A stretch of 64,000 nt of DNA from Owenia fusiformis (lineage: Eukaryota). The notes under the pieces are model-generated. The model did no database searches, was not told the origin of the DNA, and saw nothing but the letters and a program-made list of their open reading frames with translations. Of this stretch, positions 1 to 12,258 are shown in pieces (position 1 is the first letter of the stretch; every line of letters begins with the position of its first letter). The stretch lies in assembly GCA_903813345.2 (NCBI GenBank), contig CAIIXF020000001.1, positions 12,648,001 through 12,712,000 on the forward strand, read 5' to 3'. The position numbers were made by a program, and so were the translations under genes.

Positions 1-44
1 CATATGATTTCCATGAGCTAAATTGATATATCTGCTGGGGTCAA

Positions 45-194
45 CCCAGTTGTCCGAAACCCAGTTCTCCGAAACCCAGTTGTCCGAAACCCAGTTGTCC
101 GAAACCCAGTTGTCCGAAACCCAGTTGTCCGAAACCCGGTTGTCCGAAACCCAGTTGTCCGAAACCCAGTTCTCCGAAACCCAGTTCTCCGAAA
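45..194 (+). repeat. 15-bp tandem repeat (CCCAGTTGTCCGAAA) x10, left TIR of the Mutator/Foldback-like element
   Basis: Units start at 45, 60, ... 180. Confidence 0.95.
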
Positions 195-1770
195 ATTAAA
201 AAACTAAATGTCTTAGTAACGAATCTTGTCGCAACTTCGCGAATCAGGACAGCATTGGTATCACATTGACATCGGTTAGCCCGGTCAATAATGGGTCCGA
301 AAGTTCACGATCATATATATATATTCTTACTAGATTCTCGGCACATAGACTTATATGGACATTCTACAAATTTTGAACCGCATTGTCCAGCACGAATCGC
401 ACTCCTTCTTGGTGAAAATTCAAGACTGCCGCCAACATTTTAGACAATTATCACAGTCGAAGAGAATATTCTGGCGAAAGGAATATCTATCTCATTAGAA
501 TAACGTATGGACGTCCGTGACAATTATATATATTCATTTGATAATTTTTTTCATTCCCTTTTCTCAATAAAATATGGTTAATTATGTTTTCCAATATCAA
601 TTGATAATATTTCTACCCTGAAAAATATCTAAAAAGAAGATTTTGGTTGTTCAGTACCACCCATTGATTTCGTCCAAATTTTCGATAAATTAATAAAATA
701 TGCTCATTTCGTATAACTTATATATGTGGCATATATACATATCAGATGTCTATCCTTTTTTCATCATAATATAAGAGGTTTGTATGTTTTAGTAGAAACG
801 TATTCCTTTCCAAACATTTAGATTTAAGAATTTCTCCCATTGGTGATATTGTTCAAAATCAAAACTGTGTTTTGCGATATATTGAACTGTTGAAGTAAGT
901 GTGTAATAGTTTGTAGTAGAGCCAAGATTTGATCTGTATCATGTACGTACCCTGCATAAAAAAATTCGTTTTTAGTGTGCCATAGATGTCAACCATTAAC
1001 TATTGCAGAATCAAAAAAAGTTTTGTGAAAAATTAGGATAATGTTTCAAAAGTTATACACCGGACAATAAATAACTATACTCAATGCAGACAGGGAGTTT
1101 TAATTGCCCAAAAACTGAGTATCATAATGCATTTGTATCTCTTTAGTATCTTGCATGACTCGTTCATATGAATTCTTTATTTCTACCTCGTTCCTTATAC
1201 ATTCTGAGACAGTTCAACCTTTGCCCCACGTCCTGTTCGTCGTTAGTATGTTGTGACTCGATATAATAGTATAGTTTCCATATAGTTTTTGAAATCTCGC
1301 TAAATCTCGTTTTTCGTGAGATTTTAAGAGACTTGCATATTAGACCTCTAATGACTTACATTACCTTCTTTTAAATGGCATATTTGATTTCAGTGAAATG
1401 TTTTCTCCTTTAATAGCTTTGATTTACACAGTTATGTAATTTGAATAATTTTCTATGACAATTTAAAAAAACTTGGGCCAAATGTCCATAGATGCAATGC
1501 TAAAATTCTTTAAATCCGTGGATTATTTGTATGTCAATCAACATTTGCATGTTTAATCACATCATGTACATAAACAGGGTCATCATGTGGTATATCATTC
1601 AAGTTTTATACAGATTCAACAAACACATTTTGATAAATCATGAAATTAAGCCATTTTCCAAGATTTTAACATGTAAATGAATGGAGCTCTAGCCCAAGTT
1701 AAAAGCTGAATAAAAGATGGCAGCACGAGATTTCATTGATTTTTCTGCTATTTAGAAACTATCCTATTGC

Positions 1771-2175
1771 CACGCGGTCCTAACTTCGACCGTTAATTTG
1801 AATTTTTGACCTACCGGATATTTGAAAATCAATTACGAGTCTCATACTGCACCGTTTCTCTTCAAACTTGTTCCATTCAAAGCATGACAAAAATCTCTTT
1901 CTGATGGTACGTTATTATCTTAAACAGAGTTCCTACTTCCAGCGTAATTTTGGTCCCCAGCTGTAAGAAGGCCTTCTAACAGCTGGGGAGTGGGGACCAA
2001 AACGCTGCTAGAACGAGGGACTCTTTACAATAAAGTAATGCACTGACAGAAGTGCAATTTTGTTTTGCTTTTAATGGTATAATGGAAGAAAAACGGTGCA
2101 GTATGAGACTCGCAATCCTTGATTTTCAAGCATCTGGTAGGTCAAAAATTCCAATTAACGGTCGAAGACCGCGTG
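1771..2175. mobile_element. Transib-like MITE nested in the Mutator-like element
   Basis: CACGCGGTC...GACCGCGTG termini, ~90-bp imperfect inverted arms, exact 5-bp TSD ATTGC (1766-1770, 2176-2180). Confidence 0.75.
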
Positions 2176-2540
2176 ATTGCAGAAAGTCAGAGACAGCACT
2201 CCTTTTTTTCTTTTTAAATCATGTATATATTTCTTATTTTATAACTTTGTATACATCAGGTCATTTTACAATATTGCAATATTTTTTTTAAATAGATACA
2301 ATTGCAATTATTTAAAACATTATTACAATAGTTTACAAATATAATGTAACATAAGTTGTTTAACCATTCATCAAAATAAGTATACTTAGTGTCTTGTACC
2401 TTATAGCCAAAGACAAGAGTTTTATACTTTTTCAAGCTTAATTCAATTTTAAAATCATCTAAAATATAATTTTCAAGTGGGTCTATTACATTAGTAGGCC
2501 TACTCTATGATATTGAAAGAACAAATGTTTATAGTATTCT

Positions 2541-2754
2541 CAGGCCCGTAGCCAGGGGGGGGGGGGTTGGCAGGGTTCGGGTGAACCCCCCCCCCTGGCC
2601 AAAAATTCTTTCAAAATCATGCAGTTTTTCACCATTTTTAGCACTTTTCAAGTGATTTTGATCATATTTGGGCCTAAATTGTCAAATGTGAACCCCCCTG
2701 CGAATTTTTGAAAACTGAACCCCCCCTCCTTGGAAAATCCTGGCTACGGGCCTG
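2541..2754. mobile_element. hAT-like MITE (CAGG termini) with 5-bp TSD
   Basis: TIR CAGGCCCGTAGCCAG / CTGGCTACGGGCCTG, TSD ATTCT. A second copy lies at 39438-39618. Confidence 0.8.
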
Positions 2755-4571
2755 ATTCTACTTGTCTGAAAATATCACACTTGTCATTAACAATTAGTTT
2801 CCATCATGATCTTAGGAGTCACTGGCGAACCCAGAAAAAGCCTAAAAAGACCCTTTTGGTCAATACTGGGCCTTTTAAGGCCTTATTTTTCAATTTCAGG
2901 CCAAATTTTTAAGAAAACGGTCCTCAAAATTTCAAAATTTTGGCCAACTTTTGGGTTTTAGGGAAGTTTTTTCTCATGACCTGAATTTGACCCCCTTGTT
3001 GGTTTCCAGATCCGCCCCTGGAAGTAATTGTTTGCATGGTAGAATGTAATGTAAAAGTTTGTATTTGAAATTGGCCACTTTTTATTTTTGGATTGCTTTA
3101 AAAGAATCCAAGTATGTTGAAACAGCATTTGACTATTTTGAATTTCACAAAGATTAATTCAAAATGATTCCAAATATGTTTAGTTGCTATAATTTCCAGC
3201 AAGATTGAATATATGTCTGTAGGACTTGCATGTTTATCCAAAAATCTATAATGCTTCAATTTACAGTCATAAAACCTTAAACTTACATTTGTATTAACAT
3301 ATATACGTACATCTGCTTGCCTCACTAAATATTTTAACTATATATTGAAATGGCAAAGATTGCTTAACAGTTATATATTCTGCCATCCGTTTGACCCTAG
3401 ATTTGAGCTTCAGACCCTATATTTAAGGGGTCAGTACCCGGTGTTTGTAACAAATGGCAGGCTGTAACAATGTAAATGTTAATGCCTTAATCGTTAATGG
3501 ATGAAGTGGGATGGGAGGTATCCCACTTATAGAGGTCCATTTAACATTAATGAGTTGGTCTTGGCACTCTGAAATGTTCCACTTGACATATTTCACTCCA
3601 ATCCATCTAGCTCTATGAACGAGCACTCTTTCATTGGTAAAGGGTGTATTTGAGAGTAAATATCAACTGAACGATTCCTCCATCATGTCCATGGGCTAGT
3701 ATTTAGCCTAATAAAAACTGTCGAAAGATGAAAATACAGGTGATACAGATCTTCAAATAAACAAAGTTAAATTATGCTATTCTCATTGCAAAGTGGCGTT
3801 TACATATTAACATACATGATAGGGGTCTACAATTTTTAAACCAATTTTCTTTATGCCCCATGGGGCTTTTTGAGAGGGAACAACATTTTTCCAATGCGTG
3901 ATGGGCGTTCATAAAAGGGAAATAGTTTTCCCAAGCCAGTGGGCATTTATTTAGTAAAGTTGACGTCGTGTACATCTTTTGAAACCAAAAATTATTCTTC
4001 ATTTAGGTACTCTGTTCGAGAAATAGAGATTAAATTCAAAAAGATGAAGTGAGTACATGGCGAAAATGAAACTTCTTGCGAATGGGAGAACATCCAATTT
4101 GATACGAGGACGGCCTGTCTTCGTTTCCAGTTAATCCCAAGTGATTACGTTTAGAATGTTTTGTTCTTTTACATTTTACGATTTGATAAGAGACAGAGAC
4201 TAAGAAATTAAATGCGACGAAACATTTTGACAACGTAATATGTGTACTGTTTATTCTTAAAGTGTTATGCGTTAACTTATTTTATCGGTTTCAAAATGTT
4301 TCATTTTATTTTTCCTATATAAAATGTATTGAATAAGATAAGATCAACTGTTCCGTAATATATATTGTCTTTTGATGACCTTTTTTAGAATCACAATGTA
4401 AAATAAATCCCCCGTTCCTGTCATTCTGGTAACGCCGTGTAATGGATGCAATACAACGTGAGAGAGAGATCTATACATCAGAATGCGTCCATGCCATTAA
4501 TTTTGCCAAATACATGACATGAAACTGGCTTGAGGTGCGTCCCCCTTTATCTGGTAAATTATGACTAAATT

Positions 4572-4766
4572 TTTCGGACAACTGGGTTTCGGACAACTGG
4601 GTTTCGGAGAACTGGGTTTCGGAAAAATGGGTTTCGGAGAACTGGGTTTCGGGAAAATGGGTTTCGGAGAACTGGGTTTCGGACAACTGGGTTTCGGAGA
4701 ACTGGGTTTCGGACAACTGGGTTTCGGACAACTGGGTTTCGGACAACTGGGTTTCGGACAACTGGG
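4572..4766 (-). repeat. 15-bp tandem repeat x13, right TIR of the Mutator/Foldback-like element
   Basis: TTTCGGACAACTGGG units, reverse complement of the 45-194 array. Confidence 0.95.
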
Positions 4767-6810
4767 GTGCACCCATATCTGCTTCTTTATTAAGAATGAT
4801 TGAAAAGCCAGGGCAAGCTGACCAATAGCTATTTTCAGCCTTACACACAAATACATGTCAATACTTTAAGACATAATGGCGAGTCTCATTACTATCTTAT
4901 TTCATCTATGATGGAGATAAGGTCTTCCATATGGTATCTGTGCATAACCAATATAGATCTTATCAAGTTAACATTACTTAAGCATATTTTACATAAAGGC
5001 ATGCCTATACGCCACCTCAGCATATTTTAGCATGTGCACGAACAGAAGACATGAATGTTTCAATAATGCAAGTTCAATAAAAATAATCTACATATGTATT
5101 TTAATATATTAATTTCCATCCAGAGTATATGATGAGAAACATGTGTGAATGACATATAAAATCAATTAACCATTCACTGGCATTCAGTATATAAACAGAT
5201 TCAATAATTCAACAGATGCAACATTTATACAATTTCAAATGATTCTACTGAATACTTGATTCACACATCTAAGACCCAATCATGCAAAATTGCAGTATGT
5301 GCCGACCACAAAAGTAGTTGTGTGCAACTCTCTACAAAAATGCTATTCACAGAGATCCAGTGGCAGTGACATACGCAAAAGTGAGGGAAATAGAAATTTG
5401 TCAACTAGTGTTTCTGTACATCTACTATCTCATTATATCTCTGTATAGCTTGTATTGAGAAACTATCTGCAGAAGATTCAACGCACGATACCCTGTATCT
5501 AGAGAGTATTGATATTTTTTGAGTTGTATCATTTACATGTTATGTATAGTGAATGCTGCATTCAGTCGGGATTTTTAATATTATTCATTTGGAAAAGAGA
5601 AAACCGCATCAACCTGGATGAAATTCCTTGACAGCACATAAGTTCCACCAGTTATAAAGGAAAAGATGAGACTTGTAAACGGAAATATATAAATAAATAT
5701 TATGGTATGTCGTAATTTCATGTTTCAAACAAGAAATAAAAGAATGCATCAATCACTTTCAGAAGGATTATACAGTTGTCACCAATGATGATAATTTGTA
5801 GTAGAATACTATTATGAAGCAAATCAATATTTCTATGAACAGCTAAACTTAGATTATATATCAGTTGACGAGGTCTAATTTGCTCTATATAAGTTCAAAC
5901 TTCATTAAGAATCAAATTATAGCAATAAGACATAGTTATCAATTCATAGTTCACGTTTGAACGTGACTTTCGGGATCAAAACATTTATAGTAAAGCCTGT
6001 AAAGTGGAACACCACTTTCACTAGAACATTACAGAGTCACAAGATCTATAAATGGAACACCTCCCAAGTAGAACACCTTTTAAAGGTACCAATGGTGTTT
6101 TAATTAGACATCTTTTACTACATTGTACTATATTTTAAACATGATATAAAGGTATAACTCAAACAACTTCATATCAGCAAATAACATTAGGAACACCATG
6201 ACATCAAACTAAATCGATATGATTCAAGAGTTACAATGCTTTTCTGTGAATACAATTCATAACAAGCATCCATGTGTACATATGGTGCAATGTTTTTTAT
6301 ATGTAACAAGATCTTTGTCATGATTCCATGATATACAGTATGAGTATATTGATCTTAACCACAACAAACACACATTTTTTACACAGAAGCCATTAATAAT
6401 GCACTGATCAATATCTGCAATATTGTCATCATATCCACCTTATTCCAATCAACAGCTTGGGTGCTTTCTATTTCTTTTCTTTCCTTACAGTGTATATATA
6501 TTTGAGATCGAAATACTTTATATGGATACATTTCAAAAATGAAAACATTTCAATAGTCATAGAGGATTTCGAATTAGCTACCAATGTTGACAGAAGAGCA
6601 GGGCACGCCTTTAGCGTCGGACAGCTGGTCATTATCTGGTTACTTTTGATACTGACCAGTTGATTTTTTCACTAGGTATAGGAAAATAACATTGCAACTG
6701 GTCAGTAATGCCTTTTTGACCAGCAGCTCTGGAATCCTTAGGGCATACACTGCAGAAGAGTCGACGATTACAATTAGCTCACCCATGTGAGCTAATAATA
6801 AAGTGTATGC

Positions 6811-7703
6811 AAACCTTCACTTAGCACATAAGAAGCCATATATTCGTGAAATCTCTGAATTACTGTAATTTCAAGGTTTGGATGGAAACCTTCACTTAGC
6901 ACATAAGAAGCCATATATTCCTGAAATCTTTGAATTACCGTAATTTCAAGGTTTGGATGGAAACCTTCACTTAGCACATAAGAAGCCATATATTCCTGAA
7001 ATCTTTGAATTCAATTTCAAGGTTTGGATGGAAACCTTCACTTAGCACATAAGAAGCCATATATTCGTGAAATCTCTGAATTACTGAAATTTCAAGGTTT
7101 GGATAGAAACCTTCACTTAGCACATAAGAAGCCAAATATTGGTGAAATCTCTGAATTACTGTAATTTCAAGGTTTGGATGGAAACCTTCACGTAGCACAT
7201 AAGAAGCCATATATTCGTGAAATCTTTGAAATACTGTAATTTCAAGGTTTGGATGGAAACCTTCACTTAGCACATAAGAAGCCATATATTCGTGAAATCT
7301 TTGAATTTAATTTCAAGGTTTGGATGGAAACCTTCACTTAGCACATAAGAAGCCATATATTCGTGAAATCTCTGAATTACTGAAATTTCAAGGTTTGGAT
7401 AGAAACCTTCACTTAGCACATAAGAAGCCAAATATTGGTGAAATCTCTGAATTACTGTAATTTCAAGGTTTGGATGGAAACCTTCACGTAGCACATAAGA
7501 AGCCATATATTCGTGAAATCTTTGAAATACTGTAATTTAAAGGTTTGGATGGAAACCTTCACTTAGCACATAAGAAGCCATATATTCGTGAAATCTTTGA
7601 AATACTGTAATTTCAAGGTTTGGATGGAAACCTTCACTTAGCACATAAGAAGCCATGTATTTGGTGAAATCTCTAAATTACTGTAATTTCAAGGTTTGGA
7701 TGG
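6811..7703. repeat. 75-bp minisatellite, ~12 units, with a duplicated 4-unit (296-bp) higher-order block
   Basis: Unit AAACCTTCACTTAGCACATAAGAAGCCATATATTCGTGAAATCTCTGAATTACTGTAATTTCAAGGTTTGGATGG; 71-bp variants start at 6961 and 7257. Confidence 0.95.
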
Positions 7704-8309
7704 TTGTCAATTTTACAACCCTTTCAAGTTTAGATTTGAGCAGACACAATTACAAAATATTTCAATTTTGAAATCCTTATTTTTCAAGTCAAAGGAATGA
7801 TTTTAATTAACTTTCATATAGATAGCACCAAACCTTTACACCATGATACCTACAGTAGATGTAACTTGTTGATCTATTGGCTCAGGGCTGTGAACTATTA
7901 TTTCTACAAGCTATTTATACTTCTCTTTTAGTAAGTGACTAGTTAACAACTTCCCTAGGGAACTGACATTCATGTTATGAAGTACTACCCGTCTATAATT
8001 GCTAACAATAATCTAATTCTAGTATAGCGACTAACAACAAGACAAGAATAGCTCTAGCAATATCAAGGATATCAACTATGAAAACATTAATCAGCATTCA
8101 AGCGAATCTGTAATACCAGCTAATTTAACATGATATACTAGTAAGGGATTCCATATTCAATATTGCGTAAGAGCAATAAGAAAGAGAGAGAGTACATATT
8201 ATAAGTCTGTTAAATATTTCTATACAAGTGCTGCAAGTGACATCAAATTTCAATACTGGTATGACGTATATCTGATTTCGTACTCATTTGCAGTGCCTCG
8301 AAAAGTAAA

Positions 8310-8825
8310 AAAAAAGGCACTAACATGAGAAAATGTCAATTTAAAGCAAGTTGAAAAAAGACCCTTTTTGACCCTGAGAAGATCATTGAAGGTGAAATCT
8401 TAAATCTTAAGTCAGATTTGACCTTCTGAGAACTTCTAGATGATTTTGAAAAAAAAAATATTGGTCAATTTGAAGCAAGATGAAAAAAGACCTTTTTGAC
8501 CTTGAGAAGGTCATTGAATGTCAAATTTTTTTTTACCTTGGGATTGTCATTGAAGGTTATAGTCAGATTTGAACTTCTGATAACTTGTAGATGATTTTGG
8601 TTAATTTGAAGCACGTTGAAAAAAGACCTTTTTAACCTTTTTTTGACCTTGAGAAGGGCAAATCTTATAAAGTCAGCTATAAAGTCAGACTTGAACTTCT
8701 GAAAAAAAATTAAGTCAGTCTGAACAGTATTTGTTAAATTATTGGAAGTTGTAAGAATTTGTTACAGACGCCGATTGCCAAACGCCATAAAAAAAACAGA
8801 GACCACTTTTTGGTGGTGATATAAA
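8310..8825. mobile_element. Interspersed repeat with internal tandem units (probable Helentron/HINE-like family H3)
   Basis: TTTTGACCTTGAGAAGGTCATTGAAGGTCAAATC...AAGTCAGATTTGAACTTCTGAGAACTTGTAGATGATTTTG units recur at ~41912-42300 (reverse) and 59748-60181. Terminal hairpin-like ACCACTTTTTGGTGGT. Confidence 0.6.
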
Positions 8826-9430
8826 AAAGTGATTCGTTTTTGATCCCTATGAAAACCTTATTCTTAACCTTTTATTCTAATTCCGACACTCTTTTGACCT
8901 TCTTTATGTGCCTCATATTCCACCTATCATACCAAAAGAGTCTGAATGAGAGAATTTAAGCTGTTAAACTAATCTTTGAAGAGCATTTGAAGAGCAATGA
9001 ACCAAACACTTCCTGGTAGAAAATTTAGGATAATTTCTTGCTAATTGATGCTGTTTTACAAAAGAACAATGCAAAATCAGAGCACATCAATAGCCCATTT
9101 AGGGAGAGGTATGTATTAGCATCTTCTTAACATGCTATTGTCTTCACACAACATCCAGCTACTTCTGGTAATACTGTGCACTAGTCTAAACTAAGTTACT
9201 CAAAAATGTGTAATTAAAATACATGAATACAATGGCATTGGTAAACTAAAGGCTATATTCTGTCAGAGGCTTATATTTTTTCATGTTAGAAAGGATAAGC
9301 CAGGCATATTGATGAAGTAACAATCATTTAATCGAAAGTCAATGCTCTTGTTCTCTTGGTTTACAACTGTCAGCAAAATCATAAGTTATTGAGCATGCTG
9401 CACTTTAAGAATTTTTTCTGTTCTATTGTA

Positions 9431-10338
9431 CACGGGTAACTAGAGTATCCGTGTATATTGAGTATGACCGGTTCTTAGGCTACGAATATGACCTGTTTTG
9501 GAAAGTCATGAGAGGCACAGCTGCTTAAAAATGGAAAATAAAGGTTAACTTCTATATTATCCTTTTTGAAATTGTGTTTGTTGAATATAGTTTATGCTGT
9601 ATTTAATAGTAATGTAACAAAAAAATGTTAAACATGAGCTATTTTAGCAATGTAGCTGTTCATAATGGAATATCAATCAGAAAGTACAGATTTCTCGCCT
9701 TAGAGCCAAATCATTAATATCACAGTAGAAAAAAACAAATCCCAAACCTTTTTATGGCTAACCTGAACAAGATCTCCAAATCTCAGTTTATATGATCCCC
9801 CGTAGAGTGAGCAAGAGAAGGATTTATCTTTTCCCAGAGGATACGCTTGTGAAATGTCATGGAAACGAGTGTAACACGGCCCACTGATTGTTTCACAATC
9901 GTATTGTCGAATAATGGGGCACCAGTGACATTCGTATTCTCAAAAATTCAAAGATGTATCATATTTGGACAGAGCAGGCTAAATTATTTAAAATATTCAT
10001 GACTAATTCGTAGATCTAGCTATACATAAGATGTGTCATCCTCTTCGGAGTTGCGTTGTGTTAAACAAAAACTGATCAAAGATGCTGGAAACTAGGATTT
10101 TACGGCTTCAATCTAATATTAATACTTTTTCTCTTGATTAAGGCCCCTTGTGATATGCCTGGCATTATAAGTATACCAAGTATCATTCATTGACCAAGTA
10201 GGATAAAAAGAAAACGTTCGAAAGTGTTCATAAAAAGCAAGTACTCACCTCGTCTGTTTATAGGAACAGAAATACATTCACACTCGTAAGCTTAGAACCG
10301 GTCATACTCAATATACGCGGATATTCTAGTATCCCGTG
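9431..10338. mobile_element. Transib/Chapaev-like non-autonomous element
   Basis: CACGGG...CCCGTG termini, ~55-bp imperfect TIR; flanks TTGTA/TTGTT (4 of 5 match). Confidence 0.65.
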
Positions 10339-10827
10339 TTGTTTTTGCTTTGAGATCTTTAATTTATCTCTAGATTTACAGCGAAACCTGTATATCCAAA
10401 CAACTCTCAATGTGAACACTTTTTGTCTTGGTCCCCAGTTTGTTATAAACCTGCTGATCCGAATACTTTTGGCTGGTCGCTGACGCATTCGGAATAGACA
10501 GGTTTTTACTATATCACATTTTGTAATTATAATTCTTTAAAATTTCAGAATATTAATCTATCCTCTCTATTAAATTATCTTCACCCTGCTTAAAATAGAA
10601 TACTGTGTCTCAAAGGATGAAGGTCACATTGAAATGTCAAAATTCCTAAATAAACCTGGTCACATCCTTTATTTTCTGGCTTAATATGCCATGATATAGT
10701 ATGTGAGGTTAAGCAATCCATTTAAGAATCTAGCTAAAACATTGAAATCTTTCATCTTGGCTTATATATATCATTTAATTGGAAGTCACAAATATATTAA
10801 GATATCACCTGTATCTAAATCTATATA

Positions 10828-11298
10828 CTGTACTCCGGGTAAATTTCGACGCTATAAAATTTCGCGAGTTTTCAAAATTGCAATTTCGCGGATATTTAAT
10901 ATCGCGGATTTGAGTTGATGACATTTCGCAGATTGCACATGTTGAATTTTTTCTGATTGCCGTGAATCAATGCGAGAATCCGAATAATGTTTGTATTTCC
11001 CACGTTTATGGCATTTATTTGAATATTCTTGAATGGCTTTTTCAACTTCAATTTGTAGGATATCATTGTCGTCAACAGTTCTTGCCTTTGTTGGCCTAAT
11101 AAGCCAATTCAAAATGATTTTAGGCCTTCGCCCAACAACACTGGAAGAAAAGTTTCACACTGAACGAAACATATCAAAAGCCCCGGGTCAAATCCCCGGG
11201 GATTTAAGACAAATTTCGCGACGATAAATGTTCGCGATTTTACTACATTCGCGAACAAAGCAAAATTAAATCGCACGCGAACATTACCCGGAGTACAG
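10828..11298. mobile_element. pogo/Tc1-type MITE with TA target
   Basis: TA|CTGTACTCCGGGTAA ... TTACCCGGAGTACAG|TA. The internal minus-strand peptide KRGKYKHYS resembles a transposase N-terminal remnant. Confidence 0.75.
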
Positions 11299-11436
11299 TA
11301 TAAAAGAATTAGAGCTACTCTAAAATAAATAGACATTCCATTTTCCCATTGCCTACTTCTAGTCATAAAATACATTAACACCAAATTTGATAAAAATGTT
11401 ACTTTTGCAACTCTCTATCCATAAAAAATCTAACAG

Positions 11437-11645
11437 ATTGGGAGCACACTGTTTATTTTCATGATCTACTTATTTTTGCAATCCCATGTAAGGCTAAGTC
11501 ATATACTCATTTGTATAAAGCCAGCTTATAATGTTAATAGCCTGGTTTTAATGAGGAAGGTTAACTATACAAGGAGTATATGACTTAGCCTTACATGGGA
11601 TTGCAAAAATAAGTAGATCATGAAAATAAACAGTGTGCTCCCAAT
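11437..11645. repeat. Perfect 72-bp inverted repeat with ~65-bp spacer
   Basis: 11437-11508 is the exact reverse complement of 11574-11645. Confidence 0.9.
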
Positions 11646-12021
11646 GTATTACACATTTAATCCACAAATTATAACTATGATGGAATTACACAAGTGTATA
11701 TCAATTAGGTTAATGTAAATTTCAATGAATATGTCATATAAGACTCATATCAGAAGTGACAAAGTTGCTAATAAATGAACCAATATGTGATGCACTATTT
11801 TTTTTACAAGTTTTATCAAATACTTGATTTTTGCCAATTATCTAATAATTATTTTTGAGTACATTATGGACATTACCAAAGTGAGATTACATCCGGTTTC
11901 TTTGGTAGGAATTTACCAGATGTAACCTCTCTCTGTAAAAGAAGCAATGTATTCCGCAATTATTCCCCGACGCCTATGTTAATGGTGAACATTTTGAACT
12001 ATCTAAAGATTGAAGTGTATA

Positions 12022-12258
12022 CAGTTGGGGACAAAAATAAATGACAGGTCGATTTTCGATCACCATTTCCTAATTATGGTGGTCTGAAAGCCCATAATTT
12101 CCAATATTGTCTAGATACATATCGCTTAAAATTTGTATATTTTACATTTTGTATAATCTCATCCACTGATTTATGGCCTCTTGTAAATTCTCTTATTTTT
12201 AACATGGGAAATCCTCACTTCTGCAAATCCACCTGTCATTTATTTATGTCCCCAACTG
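12022..12258. mobile_element. Tc1/mariner-like MITE
   Basis: TA|CAGTTGGGGACAAAAATAAATGACAGGT ... ACCTGTCATTTATTTATGTCCCCAACTG|TA. Confidence 0.8.

Larger units (their letters stand above)
37..4774. mobile_element. Mutator/Foldback-like DNA transposon derivative with tandem-repeat TIRs
   Basis: Termini GGGGTCAACCCAGTTGTCC... (37) and ...GGACAACTGGGGTGCACCC (4774) are imperfect inverted repeats. Exact 9-bp direct repeat ATATCTGCT flanks both ends (28-36, 4775-4783). No intact transposase ORF seen inside. Confidence 0.85.

Noticed and set aside
45-194. Short regular repeats suggesting a CRISPR or telomeric array
   Set aside because: No unique spacers, eukaryotic context, and explained as a TIR array.
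3098-3626. Possible MULE transposase remnants (IVKCCFN, RWIG..WN) inside the Foldback-like element
   Set aside because: Similarity is too weak to call by eye; needs tBLASTn or HMM confirmation.
4471-4856. Repetitive ORFs (SETQL)n, (PKPSC)n and (GFGQL)n
   Set aside because: All are translations of the 15-bp terminal array of the transposon, which is mirrored at 45-194; no splice or gene context.
6792-7506. Three ORFs with a 25-aa repeat
   Set aside because: Products of the 75-bp minisatellite; frame broken by 71-bp units; no other exons found.
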